Source: Candidatus Amesbacteria bacterium GW2011_GWA1_47_20 (lineage in GTDB: Bacteria > Patescibacteriota > Microgenomatia > CAZETR01 > Amesbacteraceae). From it: a stretch of 48,378 nucleotides of DNA. Where the stretch lies: assembly GCA_001002405.1 (NCBI GenBank), contig LCOA01000012.1, positions 1 to 48,378 of the forward strand, in the 5' to 3' direction. How positions within the stretch are numbered: position 1 is the first letter of the stretch; the number at the start of each line of letters is the position of its first letter. The notes beneath the pieces were generated by a model. The model saw only the letters and a program-made list of their open reading frames with translations, did not search any database and was not told the origin of the DNA. Both the position numbers and the translations under genes were made by a program. Shown here in pieces: positions 15,812-24,731 of the stretch.

Positions 15812-16132
15812 GTGATGAACTGGGATCTTGTACGTGATGTTGTGTACGCAGGAGTAGAGAGGGGAAACGGATCGCTGAGAGGGGAAGGAAGTACACCTAG
15901 TGGTGTAGTGGCGGCTGCTTTGGGACTGGCGATGAATGTAATTGGAGAAAAAATCGGAGACGTGGCCAATGCGGGGACTCCGGCCGTTCTTCTGGGAGGA
16001 GATGAAGCTGAGGTGTTGCAACTGCTACAACGAGCACAGAGGGTGGTGGGTGATGGAGTGGATGGGGATGGAGACGCCAGTGTGCGAAAAGTAAAGGGGT
16101 TGGTGGCAATTGCTTTGAGCCAATCGCATTGA
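15812..16132 (+). CDS. hypothetical protein
   Basis: 106-aa ORF with no motif. Coding status is uncertain. Confidence 0.3.
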   Translation: MMNWDLVRDVVYAGVERGNGSLRGEGSTPSGVVAAALGLAMNVIGEKIGDVANAGTPAVLLGGDEAEVLQLLQRAQRVVGDGVDGDGDASVRKVKGLVAIALSQSH

Positions 16133-16159
16133 ATAGTGGAAGAGCTATAATAGTGACCG

Positions 16160-17146
16160 ATGATTATTACCAGGACACCGCTACGGATTAGTTTTTTGGG
16201 AGGGGGGACGGATTTTCCGGATTTTTATAAGAAATATGGAGGGTGTGTGGTGACAACAGCGATTGATAAGTACGTGTATGTAATCGTCAAGGAAAGATTT
16301 GATAAGCAAATTTATGTAAATTATTCGATTAAAGAAATAGTAGACAGAGTAGGAGAGTTAAAGCACGAACTGGTGCGGGAGGCCATGAGAAAAGTAGGAG
16401 TTAAAGACGGAATTGAAATTTCGTTTCAATCTGACGTACCGTCCTCGGGATCCGGATTAGGGTCGTCCAGTACGGTGACAGTGGGAACTCTGAATGCTTT
16501 ATATCAATACACCGGGCGGGCGGTGGATGCCCAGAAATTGGCGAGAGAGAGTTGTGAGATAGAGATAGAGAAGTTGGGGAAGCCCATTGGGGTGCAGGAC
16601 CAGTATATCGCGGCTTTCGGAGGAGTAAGATTTTTGGAGTTTAAAAAGTCTGGGAAAATCGTGGCGGAAGATTTGCAACTGTCGGAGGAAATCTTAGATG
16701 ATCTGAAAAGCTGTTTAATGGTGTTTTATACCGGCCGGACACGGGCAGCGGGGAGTATTTTGCAGGAACAGAAAGAAAATATTAAAGCAAAAAATGTAGT
16801 GCTGATGAAAATGGCCAAACAAGCCCGAGAGGCCAAGGAGCTATTGGTGGCGGGCAAGATTTACTCTTTGGGGAAACTGATGGATGAAGGATGGAAATTG
16901 AAGCGGCAATTGGCCAGCCGGATTAGCGACCCGGAAATTGAGCGGATGTACAATGCGGCTAAAAGAGCAGGGGCAATCGGGGGCAAGATTTCCGGGGCTG
17001 GGGGAGGAGGATTCCTGACGCTGTTTGTGCCAACGGGAAAAAGGGAAGCGGTGAGAAAAGCAGTTACGGCCTGCCTGCCGGCAGGCAGGGAGATGCCGGT
17101 GGGATTAGCTAGAGATGGGAGTAAAGTTATTTTTAATATCCGTTAA
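16160..17146 (+). CDS. GHMP-family sugar kinase (heptose-phosphate kinase-like)
   Basis: TRTPLRISFLGGGTD and PSSGSGLGSSS (GHMP motif II). Confidence 0.85.
   Translation: MIITRTPLRISFLGGGTDFPDFYKKYGGCVVTTAIDKYVYVIVKERFDKQIYVNYSIKEIVDRVGELKHELVREAMRKVGVKDGIEISFQSDVPSSGSGLGSSSTVTVGTLNALYQYTGRAVDAQKLARESCEIEIEKLGKPIGVQDQYIAAFGGVRFLEFKKSGKIVAEDLQLSEEILDDLKSCLMVFYTGRTRAAGSILQEQKENIKAKNVVLMKMAKQAREAKELLVAGKIYSLGKLMDEGWKLKRQLASRISDPEIERMYNAAKRAGAIGGKISGAGGGGFLTLFVPTGKREAVRKAVTACLPAGREMPVGLARDGSKVIFNIR
17063..17100. repeat. GC-rich hairpin insert inside the GHMP kinase 3' coding region
   Basis: Contains the perfect 20-nt palindrome CCTGCCTGCCGGCAGGCAGG (17070-17089). It shares GTTACGGCC and ATGCCGG with 18733-18778. 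Confidence 0.6.
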
Positions 17147-18267
17147 TGAAAAGCCGAGTTTTGGTAACAGGAGGGGCGGGGTTTATCGGGTCGCATACGT
17201 GTGACGTGCTTTTGGAAAAAGGCTATCGGGTGGCGATTCTAGATAATTTGAGTGAACCCGTGCATGATGGATCGGGGCGGTGGCCAAAATATTTAGACAG
17301 GCGAATTACAAAAATTAAGGGCGACGTCGCAAGTAAAAATGATTGGATGAAAGCTTTGGGGGGGGTAAGTTTTGTGATCCACCTGGCAGCATATCAAGAC
17401 CTGGTTCCAAATTTCAGCAGATTTTTTGAGACAAATGCAGTGGGAACAGCGAATTTATTTGAGCTGATTGTGGAGAAGAAATTGCCCATCAAAAAAGTGG
17501 TGGTGGCGTCGTCGCAATTTGTGTATGGAGAAGGGAAATACGAATGTAGAAAACATGGGACAGTTTTTCCCCAGGGACGAGAGGAGAAAGATTTGCAACG
17601 GGGCAAATGGGAACCGGTATGCCCAACTTGCGGAGGGGGGATTTCTCGACTGGATTTGACGGAGGACGGCCACGACCCAAGAAATCAATATTCAATATCT
17701 AAATATACGCAGGAATTAATTGGCTTGAGATTGGGAAAACTGTACAACATCCCGACAGTGGCAATGAGGTATTCAATTGTCCAAGGATCTAGGCAGTCGT
17801 ACAGAAATTGTTACTCTGGTGTGTTGAGGTTGTTTGTAACCCGAATGAAGTTAGGGATTGCGCCAGTAATATTTGAAGACGGGGGGCAATTAAGGGATTA
17901 CGTAAGCGTAAAGGATGTAGCCAGGGCAAATGTAATGATGCTGGAAAACAGGGCCCAATATGAAACGTTTAATGTGGGAGGAGGGATGGCGATAAGTGTG
18001 TTAGAATTCGCTAACGCCGTACAAAAGGGAATTGGGACGAAAACTGGTTATCGGATAACAGGCGAATATAGAGTGGGGGATACGAGGCACAGTGTCTCGG
18101 ATATATCGAAGATAAAAAAATTAGGCTGGAGGCCCAAGGGGAATATCGAAGAATCGATACGGGAGTATTGTGCATGGATTAAAGATATAAAAATTGACAA
18201 GGCCAAGTTAATTGCGGCTGATAGAAAGATGAGGAAAGTGGGGATGGTGAGAAAGGCAAAAGGATGA
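17146..18267 (+). CDS. NAD-dependent epimerase/dehydratase (SDR family)
   Basis: VLVTGGAGFIGSH and YSISK (YxxxK). Confidence 0.85.
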   Translation: MKSRVLVTGGAGFIGSHTCDVLLEKGYRVAILDNLSEPVHDGSGRWPKYLDRRITKIKGDVASKNDWMKALGGVSFVIHLAAYQDLVPNFSRFFETNAVGTANLFELIVEKKLPIKKVVVASSQFVYGEGKYECRKHGTVFPQGREEKDLQRGKWEPVCPTCGGGISRLDLTEDGHDPRNQYSISKYTQELIGLRLGKLYNIPTVAMRYSIVQGSRQSYRNCYSGVLRLFVTRMKLGIAPVIFEDGGQLRDYVSVKDVARANVMMLENRAQYETFNVGGGMAISVLEFANAVQKGIGTKTGYRITGEYRVGDTRHSVSDISKIKKLGWRPKGNIEESIREYCAWIKDIKIDKAKLIAADRKMRKVGMVRKAKG

Positions 18268-18803
18268 GCAAAATTTACACTAAGACTGGAGACCGAGGCA
18301 CAACCGGAACTTTCCGTGGACGGATGGCTAAAAGTGATCAACTGGCCCAAGCTCTGGGAACAATTGATGAGTTGAATAGCTGGATTGGAGTATGCAGACA
18401 CCACGTGCTACACGACGACGAACTTAAAAGAGTACAAAATAATTTGTTAACTATTGGATCTCAACTAGCTGGATCTGAGAAAAGAATTAGACCAGGGGAA
18501 ACGGCTCACTTGGAAAAACTAATTGATAAATTAACAAAAGACCTGCCTAAACTATCTAACTTCATATACCCCAAGGGAAATTTGCAGATAGCTAGAGCAG
18601 TTTGCCGGAGGGCGGAGCGGGAAGTGGTCTCTGCTGAGATAAAAGAGAAAAACATTTTGAAATACCTGAATCGCTTGTCTGATGCGCTGTTTACGCTTGG
18701 TAGGTGGGTGAATTGGACCCTCCTTCGCCAAGGTTACGGCCGTGCGTCGCCAGAGGCTATGCCGGCGGCACGCGGGGTAAAAGAGGAAGTGTGGAGAGGA
18801 TAA
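18264..18803 (+). CDS. PduO-type ATP:cob(I)alamin adenosyltransferase family protein
   Basis: IYTKTGDRGTTG and TIDELNSWIG. Confidence 0.85.
   Translation: MSKIYTKTGDRGTTGTFRGRMAKSDQLAQALGTIDELNSWIGVCRHHVLHDDELKRVQNNLLTIGSQLAGSEKRIRPGETAHLEKLIDKLTKDLPKLSNFIYPKGNLQIARAVCRRAEREVVSAEIKEKNILKYLNRLSDALFTLGRWVNWTLLRQGYGRASPEAMPAARGVKEEVWRG
18733..18778. repeat. GC-rich hairpin insert inside the adenosyltransferase 3' coding region
   Basis: CCGTGCGTCGCC ... GGCGGCACGCGG imperfect arms. Confidence 0.5.
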
Positions 18804-19293
18804 TTTCTTGGCACTGCTGAATGGAATATTTTTCGGTATCTAGGGAAACAGCGTCTGATATAAAGGTTGTTTCTAGTTGGTTGTAAATATTCTCGATAAC
18901 TTCGTTTCCTAATGGTTTTCTACAGCCCTCTTTTATTCCGGGGCGAGATCTGTCTCGTTCTTGTAATATGGGCAAGGAACACTTGATTTGAAATACTTTG
19001 CATGTAATATTTCTCTTTCTCGCGGTGTTTTGGGCCTGGGGAATTATTGCCGGGTCAAAGAATATTTTTTCCATCACGACAGAGAAGCCGTTATCTAGTA
19101 AATATTCAAGAGTCACCAAGGCACTTTGATCAACGTATTTTTGTTCTTGCCGGCTTGAATTATCAGAGAAGAAATCTTTGAAATTGTCCACTTTTAACCA
19201 GACTATTTTTTTGTCGAAGTTTCTCAACTTTTTAGCGATGGTAGTTTTGCCGCTGGCAGGGGCGCCTCTAATAATTACCAAGAACTGATTCAT
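18757..19293 (-). CDS. P-loop kinase/ATPase (AAA_33 / zeta-toxin-like)
   Basis: The GAPASGKTT Walker A motif. The locus has low GC. Confidence 0.6.
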   Translation of the reverse strand: MNQFLVIIRGAPASGKTTIAKKLRNFDKKIVWLKVDNFKDFFSDNSSRQEQKYVDQSALVTLEYLLDNGFSVVMEKIFFDPAIIPQAQNTARKRNITCKVFQIKCSLPILQERDRSRPGIKEGCRKPLGNEVIENIYNQLETTFISDAVSLDTEKYSIQQCQEIILSTLPLLPRVPPA

Positions 19294-19333
19294 TAAGCGT
19301 AAGTATTCGTTTTGCGGCTGGAGTTGTCAAGAC

Positions 19334-19594
19334 TTGACAAACATATACAAGATATATACAATTGATGTATATGCAAACGCAGACATTTACAGAATGGACT
19401 TGGTGGCCGTGGATGAATATAGAAATCGGAGTGAGCTTATTCGGGAGGCGGTGAGGGTGTATTTGGACAGGGTTGAAAAGTGGAGGAGGATTTTTAAGGC
19501 AGGAAAAAGGGTAGCTAAAAAGATGGGAATTAAGAGCGAGGAGGATGTAAATAGGATTGTGCTAGAGTATAGGCATGGCGGGAAAAAGAATTAG
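19334..19594 (+). CDS. ribbon-helix-helix (CopG-like) antitoxin
   Basis: NRSELIREAVRVYL, and its position upstream of the PIN gene. The start is TTG or later. Confidence 0.7.
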   Translation: MTNIYKIYTIDVYANADIYRMDLVAVDEYRNRSELIREAVRVYLDRVEKWRRIFKAGKRVAKKMGIKSEEDVNRIVLEYRHGGKKN

Positions 19595-20000
19595 AGTGGT
19601 ATTGGATACGAACGTGTTGGTTTCGGCGATTGTTTTTGGAGGCACACCAAAAAAGATTTTAGATATAGTTTTGATCGGCAAACTCGTGGGGGTGACGACG
19701 GTAGCGTTAATGGCTGAATTGAGTGAGGTGGTTCATAAAAAATTTCCCTTTCGAGATGCAGACTTGGAATATTTTGAGGAACAAATGAAAGTTGATTTTG
19801 AGATTGTCAGGCCAAGGAAAGTTTTAAGCGCGGTGAGAGATGTTGGAGACAATAAAGTCTTGGAGGGGGCAGTTGAGGGAGAATGCGAGTATATCGTGAC
19901 CGGAGATGAAGACCTGTTGATTTTGGGTAACTATAAAGGAATAAAAATCGTAACGCCGGCCGAATTTATGAGGACGGAAGAGAAAGCGTGGAGAGGCTGA
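19575..20000 (+). CDS. PIN-family toxin (TIGR00305-like)
   Basis: VVLDTNVLVSAI and YIVTGDEDLL. Confidence 0.85.
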   Translation: MAGKRIRVVLDTNVLVSAIVFGGTPKKILDIVLIGKLVGVTTVALMAELSEVVHKKFPFRDADLEYFEEQMKVDFEIVRPRKVLSAVRDVGDNKVLEGAVEGECEYIVTGDEDLLILGNYKGIKIVTPAEFMRTEEKAWRG

Positions 20001-20005
20001 TTCTC

Positions 20006-20056
20006 GTTCCACCTAAGAGGTGGAACGTGGAACAATTGGCGCTCATGCGCTGGCGG
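20006..20056. repeat. palindrome copy c plus a GTGGAAC half-site plus a fragment of the structured-element 3' arm
   Basis: GTTCCACCTAAGAGGTGGAAC GTGGAAC ... GCTCATGCGCTGGCGG. The last block matches 13497-13512 at 15 of 16 nt. Confidence 0.8.
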
Positions 20057-20097
20057 TTAAAGGAGACGAAAACAACCGGCTCTGATATGATTAATGT

Positions 20098-20490
20098 ATG
20101 GATGATGCTGCCCGGGATCCACAGAAGGCGTATAACGCCGGAGGGAGGTTTAAGGAACAACTGGAAGCGCTCGCTTCCAGCTTCAGAGCAGGAGAGCGGG
20201 AGGGCGGGAGAGTAGAAGTAGTTGAGGAAATACCGGTGAACGTGGAAGAAGAAAAGCTAAAGGAAGGCGAAGGATATATTGAAAAAGTAGAGAGAGAAGC
20301 GGAGCTGGCTAAACCAGTGGTGGACGATTACACTCAGCAAGTGCTGGTGGGAGCGGCGGCGCCGCAGAAGCCGAAAGTGACCTTACCGCTGACTGACGAC
20401 CAGATTAAGAAAGGCTTGCATCATAAAGTATGGGAAGCCATTCGCTGGTTAGCGGAATGGTGTCTGCGACAGCTGAAGATGGTAAGATAA
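20098..20490 (+). CDS. hypothetical acidic protein preceding the coupling ATPase
   Basis: 130-aa ORF ending 4 nt before the next gene. Confidence 0.5.
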   Translation: MDDAARDPQKAYNAGGRFKEQLEALASSFRAGEREGGRVEVVEEIPVNVEEEKLKEGEGYIEKVEREAELAKPVVDDYTQQVLVGAAAPQKPKVTLPLTDDQIKKGLHHKVWEAIRWLAEWCLRQLKMVR

Positions 20491-20494
20491 AAAC

Positions 20495-22837
20495 ATGGCG
20501 GATTTGACACTTTTGGTGTATCAACTGATGACCCTGATGCTGGGGGTGGCGGTGTTGTTTTTGACGGTGGTGATTTCCGGCTATTTGCTGATTTTGTGGT
20601 ATAGGCACAAAGACCGGGAAGAAAAAAGCCTGGAGATGGTGTGTCTGCAAGTGGCGGTACCTAGAGAAAACGAAATAAAGATTGACGCCATGGAGCAAAT
20701 TTATGCTAGCCTGTATTCAATTAAAAAAGGGTCACTTGGACCCTTTGGTTGGTTTTCTTTTTTGCAGACGCAGCCGCACATTTCCTTTGAATTGGTGGCT
20801 CGAAAGGAAGACATCCGGTTTTACATTATTGTGCCGGAGAAACTAAGAGATCTGACGGAAAAACAGATCCATGGAAGTTACCCCGGAGCAGATATCCAGG
20901 TGGTGGAGGAGCCGAATATATTTACGGAAACTGGGAATGTGGAATTTGCTTGGCTAGTAATGCGGAACTCCGCCTATAACCCGATTCAGGTGTACAAAAA
21001 TCTGACGGTGGATCCGCTGGCAGGGTTATCGTCGGCATTGGCTAAGATGGGGGATGGGGAAGGGGCACACGTGCAGGTACTCATTGCCCCGGCAGACAAT
21101 AAGTGGAAAGGGAAAGGGCGGGCATGGATTGGGAAAACTAAGAAAGCGGAAAGTGATCCCGAAAAGGCCAGCTACAAAGTAGATCCCAAAGTAATGGAAG
21201 CGGTGGATAATAAAGTAAGTAAATCTGGATTTGAAACGACAGTGAGAATTGTGGTGTGTTCTAACGATAAAACTTCAGCCAAAGCCCACCTGGCTAATAT
21301 CCGGGCTTCCTTCGAGCAGTTCAATGGAGATTTGAATGGTTTCAAAGGCAAAAAAGTGAGAATGAAAGGAACGTTTGTGACCGATTTTATTTACCGATAT
21401 CAACCCATGTTGTGGTGGGGAGGAAAAACGATATTAAACACTGAAGAGTTGGCCAGCATTTACCATTTTCCCAACAAAACCATTGAGACGCCACACATCT
21501 TTTGGCTGAATGCCAAACGGGCACCGGCACCCCAGGGGATACCGGATCACGGATTGTATTTAGGCAAAAGCGTGTACCGGGGAGTGACCCGGCCGGTATA
21601 TATTTCCGATATAGACCGGGAGAAACACATGTATATTATCGGGAGGACGGGAGTAGGAAAAACCCAGCTGATGAAAACCATGATTTTGCAGGACATCCGG
21701 GCGGGAAAAGGAATAGCAATTATTGATCCCCACGATTTAGCGACAGATATTTTGGGATATATTCCCCCCGAACGGGCGGAGGATGTAATTTTCTTTGATC
21801 CGTCTGACCCGGAGCGGCCGATGGGGCTGAATATGATTGACGCTCGGACGGAACAAGAACGGCACTTGGTGGCCAGCTCGATTATTGGCCTCATGTACAA
21901 ACTGTATGACCCGCATAAAACAGGCATCATTGGCCCCAGATTTGAACACGCTATTAGAAATGCCATGCTGACAGTATTGGACGCCATCCCTGGGGGGACG
22001 TTTGTGGAAGTAGTGCAGGCGCTGCAGAGATCTGAATTTGTGCAAGAGATGCTGCCCAAAGTGACAGATCCGATCGTGCGCCGGTATTGGACGGACCAGA
22101 TTGCACAGACTTCGGATTTTCATAAGTCCGAAGTCTTGGATTATATCGTGTCCAAGTTTGGAAGATTTATTACAAACAAGATGATCAGAAATATTGTTGG
22201 CCAGTCGCAGAGCGCGTTTGATTTCAGAAAAGTGATGGACGAGGGAAAAATTTTGATTGTGAATCTATCCAAAGGCAAGATGGGAGAGGAAAACTCCAAT
22301 TTCTTGGGACTTATCCTGGTACCCAGAATTCTGATGGCGGCCATGTCCAGGTACGATACACCGGAAGCGCAACGGCGGCCGTTTTATTTGTATGTGGATG
22401 AATTTCAGAATTTTGCCACGCCGGATTTTGCTACCATTTTGTCCGAGGCGCGGAAATATAAATTGAATCTGATAGTGGCCAACCAGTTTATCGGGCAGAT
22501 GGAGGAGGAAGTGAAGAACGCTATTTTTGGCAACGTGGGAACAACGATGACTTTCCGGACCGGCGTGTCTGACGCACAGTATTTGCAGCATGAATTTTCG
22601 CCGACCTTCACTGAAGCGGACATTTTGAATGTGGAGAAATATAACGTGTATATCAAAACGATTGTGAATAACGAACCGGTGCCGGCTTTCAGTATGGACG
22701 TGACTAAAGATCTTAAAGCGGAACAGGCGTTATATAATCCGAAATTGGCGGAGGCGATTAAGCAGTTGTCGAGGCTGAAATACGGCAAGGACGTGCGGCT
22801 GGTGGAGGCGGAGATTAACGAGAGGGCGAAGCTGTAG
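20495..22837 (+). CDS. VirD4/TraG-like type IV secretion coupling ATPase (HerA/FtsK superfamily)
   Basis: N-terminal TM segment, Walker A GRTGVGKT and Walker B LYVDEFQNF. Confidence 0.7.
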   Translation: MADLTLLVYQLMTLMLGVAVLFLTVVISGYLLILWYRHKDREEKSLEMVCLQVAVPRENEIKIDAMEQIYASLYSIKKGSLGPFGWFSFLQTQPHISFELVARKEDIRFYIIVPEKLRDLTEKQIHGSYPGADIQVVEEPNIFTETGNVEFAWLVMRNSAYNPIQVYKNLTVDPLAGLSSALAKMGDGEGAHVQVLIAPADNKWKGKGRAWIGKTKKAESDPEKASYKVDPKVMEAVDNKVSKSGFETTVRIVVCSNDKTSAKAHLANIRASFEQFNGDLNGFKGKKVRMKGTFVTDFIYRYQPMLWWGGKTILNTEELASIYHFPNKTIETPHIFWLNAKRAPAPQGIPDHGLYLGKSVYRGVTRPVYISDIDREKHMYIIGRTGVGKTQLMKTMILQDIRAGKGIAIIDPHDLATDILGYIPPERAEDVIFFDPSDPERPMGLNMIDARTEQERHLVASSIIGLMYKLYDPHKTGIIGPRFEHAIRNAMLTVLDAIPGGTFVEVVQALQRSEFVQEMLPKVTDPIVRRYWTDQIAQTSDFHKSEVLDYIVSKFGRFITNKMIRNIVGQSQSAFDFRKVMDEGKILIVNLSKGKMGEENSNFLGLILVPRILMAAMSRYDTPEAQRRPFYLYVDEFQNFATPDFATILSEARKYKLNLIVANQFIGQMEEEVKNAIFGNVGTTMTFRTGVSDAQYLQHEFSPTFTEADILNVEKYNVYIKTIVNNEPVPAFSMDVTKDLKAEQALYNPKLAEAIKQLSRLKYGKDVRLVEAEINERAKL

Positions 22838-22852
22838 TAAAATATAGGGACT

Positions 22853-22924
22853 GGGCCTGTAGCTCAATGGTAGAGCGGCTGTCTTATACACAGTATGTTG
22901 GAGGTCCGAATCCTCCCGGGCCCA
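22853..22924 (+). tRNA. tRNA-Ile with anticodon UAU
   Basis: Cloverleaf: GGGCCTG/CGGGCCC acceptor, GCTC/GAGC D stem, GCTGT/ACAGT anticodon stem, loop CTTATAC, GGAGG/CCTCC T stem. CCA is not encoded. Confidence 0.85.
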
Positions 22925-22932
22925 CAGCGGAA

Positions 22933-22960
22933 AATTCTAAATTCTAAACCCTAAACCCTA
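22933..22960. repeat. heptamer tandem array (AATTCTA x2, AACCCTA x2), intergenic
   Basis: Read directly from the sequence. Confidence 0.8.
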
Positions 22961-23437
22961 AACAGTTTGTAATTGGTGGTTGGTGTGAGAGAGGAATTTG
23001 AGGAAGTCATCCAGACTGATTTCTAAGGTGGCAGTGTTGGTGTTGGGGTGGAATAGCAGTTTGTCTTTGGTCGTTAGCCTTTGGTCGACGAGAACGGTGA
23101 CGAGGTGATTTTTGTCATTGATTAAACCGAAGGGGGAGACGGAGCCGGGAGTGAGGCCCAGTATAGCTTTTAGCTCTTGGTCGCTTGCGAAAGTTAGCCG
23201 GGACGAGAGATTCAAGGATTTAGCCAGTTGTTTTAGATCGGCCCGCTGGGAACACGCCAAAATGTACAGAAAGTAGTGATGAGAGGTTTTTTGGGTTTTT
23301 AAAAACAGGTTTTTGGTGTGGGCGGCTTTGGAGCTGATCCAATATTTGTCGGCATCAGCGCAGGTATACACCGGAGGGTGGTCGAGGCGGGTGTATTTAA
23401 TGTTTAGGGAATCAAGAAGTTTGAGGATATCGGTCAT
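22958..23437 (-). CDS. YbaK/ProX-type aminoacyl-tRNA deacylase domain protein
   Basis: HTKNLFLK and PGSVSPFGL blocks. Confidence 0.8.
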   Translation of the reverse strand: MTDILKLLDSLNIKYTRLDHPPVYTCADADKYWISSKAAHTKNLFLKTQKTSHHYFLYILACSQRADLKQLAKSLNLSSRLTFASDQELKAILGLTPGSVSPFGLINDKNHLVTVLVDQRLTTKDKLLFHPNTNTATLEISLDDFLKFLSHTNHQLQTV

Positions 23438-23449
23438 GGGCCGATTATA

Positions 23450-24325
23450 TTACAGTTCAACGAGGCGAGTGGTTAAAGGTCCAGAACAGGGTTTAATGAA
23501 GTCGAGGTATTTGGTGGTGGAAGTGAGGCGTTTGTGGCCGACGATTTGGGATAGATATTGGGGATCGCAGCCGGCGGAGAGCTGGTGGGCCATGAAAGTA
23601 TGGCGCAGATCATTGACTTTGGTTCCTTTGACGTCGGCCACTCTAAAAAACCTGTCGATGGCGGTTCTGATGTTTCTGATTAACAAAGGATGGCCAGTTT
23701 TGGTGACGAAAAGATGGGGGTCGGTTACAGAAGGACGAATGGCTAGATAATTGGCAACGGCGGTGGAGACATATTTGTTGAGGGGGACAGTTCGTCCGGC
23801 GTTATTTTCCTGGGGGCGAATGTACACCTCTGTTTTTTTGATGTCTTCAGTATGCAGGTTAGCAAGTTCTGAGATGCGCATACCGGTTTGTAAGAGGAGT
23901 TCGACTACCGCTGACATCCTAATATCTAGGCGGACAGCGTCGCGTAGGGAAGAGTATTCGGCGGGGGTGAGAATGCGGGGGGCAGAAGACTCATATTTAG
24001 GATGGGCTAATTCAGAGGCGGGGTTGGTGGGGGTAAGATTATTTTGATTTAGGAATTTAAAAAATGTTTTGAGGGAATTAATCTTGCGACTGACTGATTT
24101 GGCGGTATAACCATTGCTTGATAACGAGAGAAGATAGTCTTGGAGGTGTTGGGAGACAAGAGTGGTGACTTGGGTAATGCGGCGTTCTGCGAAGTGTTTT
24201 TTGAGCTGAATAAGATCGCTGTTATATGCAATAACAGTAGCAGAAGAGCGCCTTTGGGTTTTGAGATAGGTTACAAACTTCTCTAGGGCGATGTCGAAGC
24301 TAACTGGTGTGGGTAAGGTATTCAT
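23450..24325 (-). CDS. tyrosine recombinase (XerC/XerD-like)
   Basis: RISELANL, HDLRHTF and GHKRLTSTTKYL catalytic blocks. The ORF extends to 24379, but Met at 24325 is preferred. Confidence 0.85.
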   Translation of the reverse strand: MNTLPTPVSFDIALEKFVTYLKTQRRSSATVIAYNSDLIQLKKHFAERRITQVTTLVSQHLQDYLLSLSSNGYTAKSVSRKINSLKTFFKFLNQNNLTPTNPASELAHPKYESSAPRILTPAEYSSLRDAVRLDIRMSAVVELLLQTGMRISELANLHTEDIKKTEVYIRPQENNAGRTVPLNKYVSTAVANYLAIRPSVTDPHLFVTKTGHPLLIRNIRTAIDRFFRVADVKGTKVNDLRHTFMAHQLSAGCDPQYLSQIVGHKRLTSTTKYLDFIKPCSGPLTTRLVEL

Positions 24326-24380
24326 ACTACAGGTTATCTTTCGTTTAGGGATTCTACAAGATATGATGGAAAGAAGCAAT

Positions 24381-24731
24381 ATGAAAGTAAAAAATAAACT
24401 GGTGTATTGGGGAGCAGTGATAGTGCTGGGGGTGTTTACGGTAAGGCTAGGGAGGAATGTGTGGAAGCTGTGGAAAGCGGGGGAGAGAATAAAGCAAGCC
24501 GAGTTAGAAGTCAGGAGTCAGGAGCTAGAAAATCAAGAGCTGCAAAAGAGGTTGGCGGAGGTGCAAAGTCCGGAATTTATAGAAAAAGAGGCGAGAGAGA
24601 AGTTGGGACTCGGGAAGGAGGGAGAAACGATCGTTGTCATGCCTGACAACGCAGATCTCAAATCTCAAATCTCAAATCTCAATGGCGAGCCTAACTGGCG
24701 GAAGTGGTGGAAGGTGTATGTAAGTGATTAG
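24381..24731 (+). CDS. septum formation initiator (FtsB/DivIC family)
   Basis: TM segment, coiled coil, and SPEFIEKEAREKLGL. Confidence 0.75.
   Translation: MKVKNKLVYWGAVIVLGVFTVRLGRNVWKLWKAGERIKQAELEVRSQELENQELQKRLAEVQSPEFIEKEAREKLGLGKEGETIVVMPDNADLKSQISNLNGEPNWRKWWKVYVSD
24655..24682. repeat. heptamer tandem array (ATCTCAA x4) in the FtsB-like 3' coding region
   Basis: Encodes DLKSQISNLN. Confidence 0.85.

Noticed and set aside
22947-22960. CCCTAAA CCCTAAA, identical to the plant-type telomere repeat
   Set aside because: Only two units are present, embedded in a heptamer array with other unit variants (AATTCTA). It belongs to the heptamer family rather than marking a chromosome end.
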